From Anaeromyxobacter sp. (lineage in GTDB: Bacteria; Myxococcota; Myxococcia; Myxococcales; Anaeromyxobacteraceae): 64,000 nt of DNA. The notes under the pieces were generated by a model. The model did no database searches. It was not told where the DNA came from and saw only the letters and a program-made list of their open reading frames with translations. This document shows, one piece after another, positions 10,832 through 19,954 of the stretch (position 1 is its first letter; each line of letters starts with the position of its first letter). The translations under genes and the position numbers were made by a program. Where the stretch lies: NCBI GenBank assembly GCA_049840735.1, contig JASGJN010000026.1:96001-160000 (forward strand), read 5' to 3'.

Positions 10832-11697
10832 GGTGTCGCCCTCGGTTGCCGTCGCACCGTCCGCACGAGGAAGACCTGCAGCCCGTCCTTCCTCCTCGAA
10901 GCGATCGCCTTCGCGGCCTCACGCGCTGGCTTCCGGCCCGGAAAGACGCCGAAAACAGTGGGGCCACTGCCCGACATTATAGCCGCCGTCGCCCCCGCAC
11001 CCACCAGCCGCCCCAAGAGCGGCGAGAGCTCCGGACGATGGGTCAGGCAGGCCTCCTGGAGATCGTTCCCCAGCAGGGTCGGCCGGAAGCGCGCCGGGCG
11101 CCTGGGCTGCTTGACGGTCCGTCCCTGGCGCGCCGCGTCGAGCCACCCGTAGGCCTCGCCGGCGCGGATCGCGAGCGCCGGGTCGCGCGGGTAGACCAGC
11201 ACCAGGTCGAGCGGCGGGACGACGGCCGGGCGGAGCTTCTCCCCTCTTCCGGTCGCCCAGGCCGGCCCGGGACCGAGGAAGAACGGCACGTCCGAGCCGA
11301 CCTCCAGCGCCAGCCTTGCCAGCGCGGCCCGATCGCGGACGCGGAAGGCGCGGGCCAGGCAGCGCAGCACCGCCGCCGCGTCGGAGGAGCCGCCGCCCAG
11401 CCCGGCGGTGACGGGCGTCTGCTTCCGGATCCGGATGGCGATCGAGCGGTCGATCCCGAACCGCTCGCGGAACAGCTGGGCGGCGCGCGCGGCCAGGTTG
11501 CCGTCGCCGTCCAACTCCGGGCGGCCGGGCACCCGGCAGGTGACCGGGCCGGCGCGGGCGCCGACGCGGACGTCCACCTCGTCGCCGAGGTCGAGCGGGA
11601 CCATCAGGGTGAGCAGGTCGTGGTAGCCGTCGGCGCGCGCCGGGCCGACGCGCAGCACCAGGTTCACCTTGGCGGGGGCCAGCGTATGGAGGTGCAC
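10783..11697 (-). CDS. ispE: 4-diphosphocytidyl-2-C-methyl-D-erythritol kinase
   Basis: APAKVNL, GYH, AGLGGGSSDAA, GSDVPFF, MSGSGPT; overlaps spoVG by 49 nt. Confidence 0.95.
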   Translation of the reverse strand: MHLHTLAPAKVNLVLRVGPARADGYHDLLTLMVPLDLGDEVDVRVGARAGPVTCRVPGRPELDGDGNLAARAAQLFRERFGIDRSIAIRIRKQTPVTAGLGGGSSDAAAVLRCLARAFRVRDRAALARLALEVGSDVPFFLGPGPAWATGRGEKLRPAVVPPLDLVLVYPRDPALAIRAGEAYGWLDAARQGRTVKQPRRPARFRPTLLGNDLQEACLTHRPELSPLLGRLVGAGATAAIMSGSGPTVFGVFPGRKPAREAAKAIASRRKDGLQVFLVRTVRRQPRATPWRSPRSASSRSARRS

Positions 11698-11835
11698 GGC
11701 CGACCTCTACCACACCCGCCCAGCGGCCCCGACCTCCGCATGTCACGTCCTGACGCCTCGCGTCTCCTTTCCGGTTGCGAGCCGGCCACACCTGCGTAGG
11801 CTCCGCGCCGCATCTCTCCAGGGAGGAACGACACC

Positions 11836-12249
11836 ATGAAGCGCATCACGCTGTTCGCGTTCGTCGTCGCCGCCGCGGTGACCGCCGCCGGCTGCAGCAC
11901 CGAGGCCGCCTTCGGCCCGCCGGCCACCATGAAGCTCTCCGCGCCGCCGGCCCCGACGCTCGCCGCCAAGACGTCGGCCGACGCCGTGGTCCGCACGGGC
12001 CCGCACGACTCGGCCAAGCAGGTCGCCACGCTGCCCGCCGGCGCCGCCCTGCAGGCCTCCGCCGAGGTCTCCCGCGGCTACCGCCGGGTGAAGACGGCCG
12101 AAGGCCAGACCGGCTACGTGCTGGCCAGCGCGCTGACCGTCAGCGAGGCGGCGGCTCCGGCCGCTGCGCCCGCGGCAGCGCCCGCTCCGGCGGCCCCGGC
12201 CACCGAGCCGGCCCCGGCGCCTGCGCCTGCGCCGGCGACCGCGCAGTAG
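11836..12249 (+). CDS. Lipoprotein with SH3b-like domain and Ala/Pro tail
   Basis: Lipobox AAGC; VRTGP...V.TL..G...GY.RV....GQTGYV; GGAGG SD. Confidence 0.75.
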   Translation: MKRITLFAFVVAAAVTAAGCSTEAAFGPPATMKLSAPPAPTLAAKTSADAVVRTGPHDSAKQVATLPAGAALQASAEVSRGYRRVKTAEGQTGYVLASALTVSEAAAPAAAPAAAPAPAAPATEPAPAPAPAPATAQ

Positions 12250-12437
12250 GCTCGCAGCCCAGGGAACATGGACGGGCGCGGGGACCTCGGGTCTCCGCGC
12301 CCGCTCCAGCTTCAGAGGCTGGCCAGCCAGGCCCTGGCTGCGCGCGCGTCCGCGAACTCCGGGGTGACCTCGCCCGGCCAGGTCCCGCGAAATTTGGACA
12401 GGGTGTTCCAGCGCGCAAACGATTAGACTGCCGCCCC

Positions 12438-13253
12438 GTGCGCGACCGAAGCTACGACCACGTGCCCTACCGGATGAGCGAGATCGAGCACCGGTACGGC
12501 GACAACGTCCACATCATCGCCAACCCCTTCCTCCTCGGGCAGCTGGCCACGCTCTGCTCGAAGGAGACGCGGCAGCCGGAGATCAACCGGCTGGTGCGCC
12601 TCCTCTACGAGGACCTCATCCGCACGGTGCTGAACGTCGAGTTCCCGCGCCGGCGCGTGGCGGTGCCCACCCGCATGATCGACACCTCGCCCCAGGCCAT
12701 CTTCGAGGGCGAGGTGATCGACCGGCACGTGCGCGCCGTCACCGTCAACATCGCCCGGGCCGGCGCCGTCCCGTCGCAGCTCACCTACGACCTGCTCAAC
12801 GAGACGCTCGACCCGTCGCTGGTCCGCCAGGACCACATCATCATGAGCCGCATGCTGGGCGACCACGAGGAGGTGGTCGGCGCCGGCATCGGCGGCATGA
12901 AGATCGGCGGCGACGTGGACGAGGCCTTCCTGCTCTTCCCCGACCCGATGGGCGCCACCGGCTCGTCGCTGGCCACCGCCATCGAGACCTACAAGAAGAA
13001 GGTCCCGGGCAAGCCGCGGCGGATCGTGAACCTCCACCTGATCGTCACGCCCGAGTACCTGCGCACCATGACCAAGGCGCACCCGGACGTCGCGATCTAC
13101 GCCATCCGCCTCGACCGCGGCCTCTCCTCGCCGGAGGTGCTCGCCACCATCCCCGGCACCCGCTGGGACGAGGAGCGCGGCCTGGACGACCACCAGTACA
13201 TCGTCCCGGGCGGCGGCGGCTTCGGCGAGATCATGAACAACGCCTATGTCTAG
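12438..13253 (+). CDS. upp: Uracil phosphoribosyltransferase (divergent type)
   Basis: [14 protein letters not shown] loop; C-terminal [15 protein letters not shown]; adjacent to hpt; GTG start assumed. Confidence 0.75.
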   Translation: MRDRSYDHVPYRMSEIEHRYGDNVHIIANPFLLGQLATLCSKETRQPEINRLVRLLYEDLIRTVLNVEFPRRRVAVPTRMIDTSPQAIFEGEVIDRHVRAVTVNIARAGAVPSQLTYDLLNETLDPSLVRQDHIIMSRMLGDHEEVVGAGIGGMKIGGDVDEAFLLFPDPMGATGSSLATAIETYKKKVPGKPRRIVNLHLIVTPEYLRTMTKAHPDVAIYAIRLDRGLSSPEVLATIPGTRWDEERGLDDHQYIVPGGGGFGEIMNNAYV

Positions 13254-13771
13254 CGCCGCGCCCATCGACGTCCTCATCTCCGAGGCCGACCTCCGCTCCC
13301 GCGTGGCGGAGCTCGGCGCCCAGAATCACCCGCGACTACCAGGGGCGCTCCCTGGTGGTCATCGGCGTGCTCAAGGGAAGCTTCATCTTCCTGGCCGACC
13401 TGGTCCGGGCCATCGACCTGCCGCTCTCGGTGGACTTCATCGGCATCAGCTCCTACCAGGGCACCCGGTCCACCGGCGTGGTCCAGATCACCAGCGACCT
13501 GACGCGGCCCATCGAGGGCAAGGACGTGCTGCTGGTCGAGGACATCGTCGACACCGGCCTGACCATGAAGTACCTGCTGGAGAACCTGGCCACGCGGCTG
13601 CCCACCAGCGTGAAGATCGCGGCGCTGCTGGAGAAGCCGGCGCGCGCGCAGGTGAAGATCCCCATCGACTACCGGGGGTTCGTGATCGGCGACGAGTTCG
13701 TGGTGGGTTACGGGCTCGACTGGGACGGCAAGATGCGCAACCTGCCGTTCATCGGGGTGCCGAGGAGCTGA
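13246..13771 (+). CDS. hpt: Hypoxanthine phosphoribosyltransferase (+1 frameshift at ~13324, probably an error)
   Basis: VLISEA..RV.ELGAQ[I][34 protein letters not shown]. Confidence 0.93.
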
Positions 13772-13812
13772 CCGGGACCCCGCCCTCGCGGGCGACCGGC
13801 ACGGAGCGCGAC

Positions 13813-14527
13813 ATGGCTGACGGACGGGTCTCGGGTTCGGCGGGGAAGACGCTCCTCGTCTGGTTGGCCATCCTGGGCCTGCTGGCCGCGGTGGGCTGGC
13901 TGGCCTCCGAGCGGAACGCGCGCACCTGGTACCTGGTCCCGGAGGACGGGCGGCTGGTGGTGAAGCGCGGGTTGATGCTGCCCGCGGGCCGGGGCGACTT
14001 CGAGACGGCCAACCCGGACCTGGCCAAGGCCTACGCCCCGCTGGTCCCGCCCTCGGCGGGCAGGCTGCCGGCCGCCGAGCGCACCTTCTCCGACCAGGCC
14101 GACCTGGATCAGGGGCTGTACGACACCCTCGCCGGATGGGCGCGGGAGGACGTGGCCACCGGCGAGCAGGCCCGGCTGGACCGCGGGCTGGGCTACATCG
14201 GCCGCGCCCTGCTGCTGCCCGGCCTCTCCACCGCGCAGCGCGATCGATCTCGCCGCCCTGCAGGCCGAGTCGGGCTACTACGAGGCCCGCCGGCTGCTCG
14301 AGTCGGCCAGGCTGCTGCTGGCGCAGGCCTCGGAGAAGCTGCGGGCGACCGCCAACATGCCCGCCTCCCCGCACGCCCTGGACGCCCAGCTCCTGCTCAA
14401 GGAGCTGGGGCCGGCCCTGGACTCCGCCAGCGCCGCTGCCCGGGCGGCCGCCCAGTCGGCCAGGGAGGACGCTGCCCGGGCGAGCCAGGTGGAGGCGGCG
14501 CCGGCGCCGGCGCCGGCGACGAGGTAG
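13813..14527 (+). CDS. Membrane-anchored hypothetical protein (+1 frameshift at ~14244)
   Basis: N-terminal TM LLVWLAILGLLAAVGWL; continues in the shifted frame DLAALQAESGYYEARRLL to TAG at 14527. Confidence 0.65.
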
Positions 14528-14617
14528 GCCGCAACCCACCGATACCGCCCGCAGATCCGTGCGCCTGCCTGCCTGATCCCATGAGAAGCGGCCCGGCCGG
14601 TGTAACATCGCCTGGCC

Positions 14618-17600
14618 ATGGCCTCCTTTCACGCTAGGAACGGGGCGGGCGAGCTGCTCGCCCGCTACTCCTTCGTCGAGCCGCTCCTCGAGGGCAAGCG
14701 CGTCCTCGAGGTCGGCGCCGCTGCAGCGACCGAGGGCGCGACGGCGCTCTTCCTCGCTGATCGCGGCGCCGCCGCGGTCCTCTCGATCGACGCCGACGAG
14801 GGCGGGCTGGAGGCCGCGCGCGCGGCCGGCCATCACCCGTTCGTCCAGTTCCTGGCGACCCAGCCGTCCGAGCTCCGGCCGGGCACCTTCGACCTGGTGC
14901 TGGTCGCCGACGGCGCGCCGCTGGCGGCCGATCCGGAGCAGGTGGCGGCGCTGCGGCGGCTGCTCTCGCCGGGCGGGCGGCTGGTGACGGCGCTGCCGGC
15001 GGAGGGCGGCGGGCTGGGCGACCTGGCCGGTGAGCCGCCGGGCGGCGAGGCGCCGGCGTACGAGACCTTCGTGAACGCGCTGGCGGATCACTTCCCGCTG
15101 GTGGAGGTGGCGGCGCAGTCGATGACGGTGGGCTGGGTCTTCGGCCTGCCGTCGGAGGACGAGCCGGAGATCGCCATGGACGGCCAGCTGGCCGGGACGC
15201 CGGAGACGGCGGCCTACGTGGCCATCTGCGGCGAGGAGCCGAGCGGGCTGTCCGGCTTCTCGGTGGTGGCGCTGCCGTCGGGGCCGCTGGTCCAGGCGGC
15301 GCGCGCGCGGGCCGGGCTGCCCGGCGAGGTGGACGTGCTGCGGGCGCAGCTGCGCGAGGCGGAGGCCGCCCGCGCGGTGCAGGAGGAGGCGCTGGCGGAG
15401 CTGCGCGCCCGGGCCGAGGCGGCCGAGGCGGCGCGGGCCGAGGCGCTGGCGGCGGCGGAGCTGGCGACGCGCGATCGCGACGAGGCGCAGGCGGCGCGGG
15501 CGCTGGCGGAGGTGGCGCAGGCCGAGGCGCAGGCGCAGGCGCGCGCCGCCGAGGAGGCCCGCGACCAGGCGGTCGCGGCGCGGGACGAGGCGGGCGCGGA
15601 GCGCGACGACGCCGTCGGCGCGCGCGTGCAGGCGTTCGCGCTGCGCGACCAGGCCGAGGTGGTCCGGCAGGCGGCGGACGAGGCGCGGCTGGAGGCCGAG
15701 GGGCAGCGCGATCGCGCCCAGCAGGCCGCGGCGCTGGAGCGCGAGGAGCGGGACCGGGTCCGCGAGGCGCTGGAGGCGGCCCAGGCCGAGCTGGCCGGGC
15801 TGCGCAACGAGCGCGACACCGCGCTGGCCGAGGTGGCGGCCCGGCGCGGGCAGCTGGAGGCGGCCACGGCCGAGCTGGCGGCGCTGCAGGAGGCGCGGGA
15901 CGAGGTGGCGCGCGAACGCGACCAGGTCCGCGGCGAGCGCGACCAGGCGCAGGCGCGCGAGACCGACGCGCAGCGGTCGCGCGAGGTGGCGCTGGCCGAG
16001 ACGGTGGCGCTGGGCGAGGCGGTCTCCCGGGCCGACGCGGCCGCGGCCGACGCGGCCCGCGAGCGCGACCAGGCCATCGCCGCGCGCGAGGCGGTGTCGG
16101 CCGACCTGGCCGACCTGCACCTGGCGCTGGACGAGGCCCGGCTGGCGCGGTCGGCGCTGGAGTCGCAGCTGGAGCGGATCAGCGCCGACGCCATCGCGCG
16201 GACCGAGCAGCTGCGCACGCTGGAGGTGGCGGCGGCGCGGGTGCCCGAGCTGGAGTCGCAGGCCGGGCGGCTGTCCGAGCTGGAGGGCGCGCTGGCGGCC
16301 ATGACCGGCGAGCGCGACGAGGCGCGCGACTCGCTGGCCCGGGCCGAGGCGGCGCTGCACGAGCGGCGCGCGGACGAGGACGAGGCGGCGGCGGCGCTGC
16401 AGGCGGCCCGCTCCGAGCTGCAGGCGGCGCGCACCGGGCTGGACGCGGCGCTGGACCGGGCCGGCGTGGCCGAGCAGCGCGTGACCGAGCTGGAGGAGGC
16501 GGTGGACGCCGGCGCGGCCGAGGTGAAGCTGCTGCGCGAAGAGCTGGAGCCGGCGCGGGCGCGGCTGGCCGAGCTGGACGCGTCGCTGGCCGCGGCGCGG
16601 GGCAACGCGGCCGAGCTGGAGGCGGCGCTGGCGCGGGCCGGCGAGCGCGAGTCCACGGCCTCGCTGCGGCTGATCGAGCTGGAGGGCACGGCCGGGCGCG
16701 CGGCGGAGCTGGAGGCCGCGGCGTCGCGGGTGGCGGAGCTGGAGGCGGCGGCGTCGATGCGCGCGGCGGAGCTGGAGGCGGCCAACGGGCGCGCGGCCGG
16801 GCTGGAGCAGGCGGCGGCGGCGCGGTCGGCCGAGCTGGAGGCCGCGGCCGGGCGGGCCGCCGAGCTGGAGACGGCGCTGGCGCGCGAGCGCGAGGCGCTG
16901 GCCGGCGCGCAGGCGGCGCTGGAGGCGGCGCGCCGCGAGCTGGACGAGGCGCGCGCGCGGGCCGGGCAGCTGGACGGGCTGCACGCCGAGCTGCAGGACC
17001 ACCGGGCCCGCGCGGTGGAGGGCGAGGGGCTGGCGGCCGAGCTGGAGATCCTGCGGGCGCGGGCCGGCGTGGCCGACGCGCTGGCGGCGGAGCTGGAGGA
17101 GCTGCGCGGCCGCGCGGCCGGGCTGGAGCAGCGCGCCGAGCAGGCCGAGCAGGTGGCGTCCCGCAGCGCCGACCGCGACGCGCTCCGCGACGAGCTGGAG
17201 CGGCTGCGGGCGGCGGTGGCCGAGGAGGACGCGACCCGCTCGGTGGAGCAGGAGACGCTGCGCGCCAAGGCCGACGCGGCCGAGGCGCTGGCGGCGGAGC
17301 TGGAGGCGCTGCGCGGGCGGGTGGCCGACTCGGCCGGCCTGTCCGGCGAGGTGGAGGCGCTCCGGGCCGAGGCGGCCGCGGCGGCGCAGCTGCGGGCCGA
17401 GGTGGCCGCGCTCAGGGCGCGCGGCCCGGTCCCGGTGAACAACGACGAGCTGGCCGCCGAGCTGGAGCTGCTGCGGGCCAAGTCCGAGCTGGCCGAGCAG
17501 CTCTCGGCCGACCTGGCCGCCTCCGAGGGGGCGCGGCGCGCCGCCGAGGAGAAGCTGGGCGAGCTGAAGGACGCGGCGGACAAGAAGGTGTCCGAGGCGC

Positions 17601-18502
17601 GGCGCGCGGCCTACGACGCGGCCGGCGCCGCGGCGTCGGCGCGCAAGGACCAGGAGGCGCTGCGGACCGAGCTGGCCGAGGTGAGCCTGGCCCGCGAGAC
17701 GCTGGAGGCGCAGGTGGCCGAGGCGGGCGCGCGGCTGGAGGCGGAGGGCGAGCGGCTGCGGGCCGCGGAGGCGGAGCTGGCGGCGCTCAAGGCGCAGGCG
17801 GCGGCCGCGCCGGTCGAGTCCGTCGAGCTGGTCGCGTCGGTGGCGGACGGCGAGGACCTGGAGCTGGCGCGCGCCGAGGCGGCGCGGCTGCGGGCCGAGG
17901 TGGAGCACTACGCCCGGGCCCGCGCGGCCCTGGAGACCGAGGTCTCGGCGGCGAAGAACGCGGCCGAGGCGGCCGAGGCGCAGGTGGCCGAGTTCGCCGC
18001 CGAGCTGCAGGCGGCGCGCTGGGAGCGCGAGGAGCTGGAGGGCCGGCTGCAGGGGCCGGCCGCGCCGGCGGGCGCGGCGGGCGAGCTGGCCCGGGCGCGC
18101 GACGAGCTGGCGGCCAAGGCCGCCGAGGTGGCGCTGCAGAAGCGCGAGCTGGCGCAGCTGCAGGCGGTGGTGGCGGAGCTGAACGCCCGCGGCCCGGCCG
18201 CCGACGCCGGCCCCGACCTGCGCACCGCCGAGCTGGAGGCGCAGCTCTCCGAGGCGCTGCGCCGGGCCGCCGACGCCGAGGCGGCCGCCGCGGCCCGGGT
18301 GGCCGCGCCGGGCGCCGACACCGCCGAGTCGCTGCACCGGGCCACCCAGGAGCGCGACAGCTACGCCGCGCAGGTGGCCGAGCGCGACGGGAAGATCGCC
18401 CGCCTGCAGCGCGAGGTGGCCGACAAGACCGAGCGCCTGGGGCGGCTGGCCAAGGAGATGGGCGAGCTGAAGGCCAAGGGGCTGGGGAAGATCTTCAGGT
18501 AG
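14618..18502 (+). CDS. Class I SAM-methyltransferase-like domain fused to a very long coiled coil
   Basis: RY.F...LLEGKRVLEVGAA, FDLV, LLSPGGRLV; then about 1050 aa of A/E/R/L heptads. Confidence 0.8.
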   Translation: MASFHARNGAGELLARYSFVEPLLEGKRVLEVGAAAATEGATALFLADRGAAAVLSIDADEGGLEAARAAGHHPFVQFLATQPSELRPGTFDLVLVADGAPLAADPEQVAALRRLLSPGGRLVTALPAEGGGLGDLAGEPPGGEAPAYETFVNALADHFPLVEVAAQSMTVGWVFGLPSEDEPEIAMDGQLAGTPETAAYVAICGEEPSGLSGFSVVALPSGPLVQAARARAGLPGEVDVLRAQLREAEAARAVQEEALAELRARAEAAEAARAEALAAAELATRDRDEAQAARALAEVAQAEAQAQARAAEEARDQAVAARDEAGAERDDAVGARVQAFALRDQAEVVRQAADEARLEAEGQRDRAQQAAALEREERDRVREALEAAQAELAGLRNERDTALAEVAARRGQLEAATAELAALQEARDEVARERDQVRGERDQAQARETDAQRSREVALAETVALGEAVSRADAAAADAARERDQAIAAREAVSADLADLHLALDEARLARSALESQLERISADAIARTEQLRTLEVAAARVPELESQAGRLSELEGALAAMTGERDEARDSLARAEAALHERRADEDEAAAALQAARSELQAARTGLDAALDRAGVAEQRVTELEEAVDAGAAEVKLLREELEPARARLAELDASLAAARGNAAELEAALARAGERESTASLRLIELEGTAGRAAELEAAASRVAELEAAASMRAAELEAANGRAAGLEQAAAARSAELEAAAGRAAELETALAREREALAGAQAALEAARRELDEARARAGQLDGLHAELQDHRARAVEGEGLAAELEILRARAGVADALAAELEELRGRAAGLEQRAEQAEQVASRSADRDALRDELERLRAAVAEEDATRSVEQETLRAKADAAEALAAELEALRGRVADSAGLSGEVEALRAEAAAAAQLRAEVAALRARGPVPVNNDELAAELELLRAKSELAEQLSADLAASEGARRAAEEKLGELKDAADKKVSEARRAAYDAAGAAASARKDQEALRTELAEVSLARETLEAQVAEAGARLEAEGERLRAAEAELAALKAQAAAAPVESVELVASVADGEDLELARAEAARLRAEVEHYARARAALETEVSAAKNAAEAAEAQVAEFAAELQAARWEREELEGRLQGPAAPAGAAGELARARDELAAKAAEVALQKRELAQLQAVVAELNARGPAADAGPDLRTAELEAQLSEALRRAADAEAAAAARVAAPGADTAESLHRATQERDSYAAQVAERDGKIARLQREVADKTERLGRLAKEMGELKAKGLGKIFR

Positions 18503-18549
18503 CGGCGCGGCGATCCCCGGGGGACCTGGCCACGCGCCAAGGGCCTGGG

Positions 18550-18698
18550 CTTCGACTCCGCGAGCCCTGCGGGCTCGCTACGCTCAGCCCGAACGGTGGC
18601 GGCCCCCGTTCGTGCTGATGGTCCTGGACGCACCGGCACGGACACGGGATCAGTTCGGCCTGAGCGTAGCGCCCGCGCAGCTGGCGCGGAGTCGAAGG
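18550..18698. repeat. Inverted pair of REP-like elements
   Basis: Forward 18550-18596, reverse 18653-18698. Confidence 0.88.
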
Positions 18699-18818
18699 AC
18701 AGGCGTCCAGCGGTCTTCGCGCCCCGGCCCCTGTGCGCGCAGGGATCACACCGGCCCGCCCCGCCTCCGCACGCGGTCCTTTCGCCGGCCCCGACGTTCG
18801 GTGCTATCGTTGCCGACC

Positions 18819-19394
18819 GTGAGCGACAGCGACAACCGGCGGTACGAGCGGATCGAGATCGAGCTTCCCTGCCGCCTGTTCATCCCCGGGCGCGAGGGGC
18901 TCCAGTTCGAGGCGTTCTGCACTTCGCGGAACCTCGGGCTGGGCGGGGCCTTCGTGGCCGCCACCTTCCTGCTGCGCGAGGGGCTGGAGCTGTTCATCGA
19001 GCTGGGCCTGCCGGAGGGGCCGCTCTCCATCCGCTCCCGCGTCGCGCACTCGGTCGATCTCGACGACGCCGAGTTCACCACCGGCATGGGGATCGAGTTC
19101 CTGGACGTCGACGCCCACGGGCGCGAGACGCTGCTCAGGTACTTCACCCCGTCCCGCTACCTGTCCTTCTACGAGGGCTTCGTGGAGGAGTTCCCGCACC
19201 TCCGCAAGACGGTGCCCATGCGCGACGTGGCGCTGGTGCTGAACCTCTGGGAGGAGTGGAAGATCCGGCAGGAGGGCGGCCCGGCCTCGACGGCCTCGGG
19301 CGCGCCGCCCGCGCCGCCGCTCCACCCCGGCGGGCGTCCGGCCGCGCAGGGCGCCCTGCCCGGCCCTGCACGGCAGAACGGCCGCAAGCGCTGA
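18819..19394 (+). CDS. PilZ domain protein
   Basis: RRYER (RxxxR), NLGLGG (D/NxxxGG), GMGIEF; GTG start assumed. Confidence 0.8.
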   Translation: MSDSDNRRYERIEIELPCRLFIPGREGLQFEAFCTSRNLGLGGAFVAATFLLREGLELFIELGLPEGPLSIRSRVAHSVDLDDAEFTTGMGIEFLDVDAHGRETLLRYFTPSRYLSFYEGFVEEFPHLRKTVPMRDVALVLNLWEEWKIRQEGGPASTASGAPPAPPLHPGGRPAAQGALPGPARQNGRKR

Positions 19395-19484
19395 CCGCTG
19401 AGCTGCCCCGGCCGCGACGGCGGTCGGGGCACCCTGACCATGCGCTCGCGTGCGCGCCCGCCCGGCGCCGGTTAGGGCAGTGGC

Positions 19485-19880
19485 GTGCCCGACCCGCGTC
19501 CGCCCTCCCTCGGCCTGCGCCACGCCGCGCTCCGCGTCCGCGACCTCGCCGCTGCGGAGGCCTTCTTCACGGGGCCGCTCGGCTACCGCGTGGAGTGGCG
19601 TCCGGACCCGGACAACGTCTACCTGATCCGCGACGCGGACAACCTGGCGCTGCACCGCGTCGACGCGGCGGACGGCCCGGGGCTGCTCGATCACCTCGGG
19701 CTGCTGGTGGCGAAGGCGGAGGACGTGGACGCCTGGGAGCGCCACCTGGACGCGGCGGGCGCCCGCGTCGTCGCCCGGGCCAGGACGCACCGCGACGGCG
19801 CCCGCTCGCTCTACGTGGAGGGGCCGGAGAAGATCGTCGTCCAGATCCTCCATCACCCGAAGGCGCTCGGGGGCGCCTGA
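19485..19880 (+). CDS. VOC/glyoxalase family protein
   Basis: LRHAALRVRDL...FF...LG; LDHLG; HRDGARSLY..GPE. Confidence 0.85.
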   Translation: MPDPRPPSLGLRHAALRVRDLAAAEAFFTGPLGYRVEWRPDPDNVYLIRDADNLALHRVDAADGPGLLDHLGLLVAKAEDVDAWERHLDAAGARVVARARTHRDGARSLYVEGPEKIVVQILHHPKALGGA

Positions 19881-19954
19881 TCGCCCACGCCCCGGTCGCT
19901 CGTCAGGGCAAACGATTGCCGGGGGCCCCGACCGGCGCTACCGTCCACGCCCAA

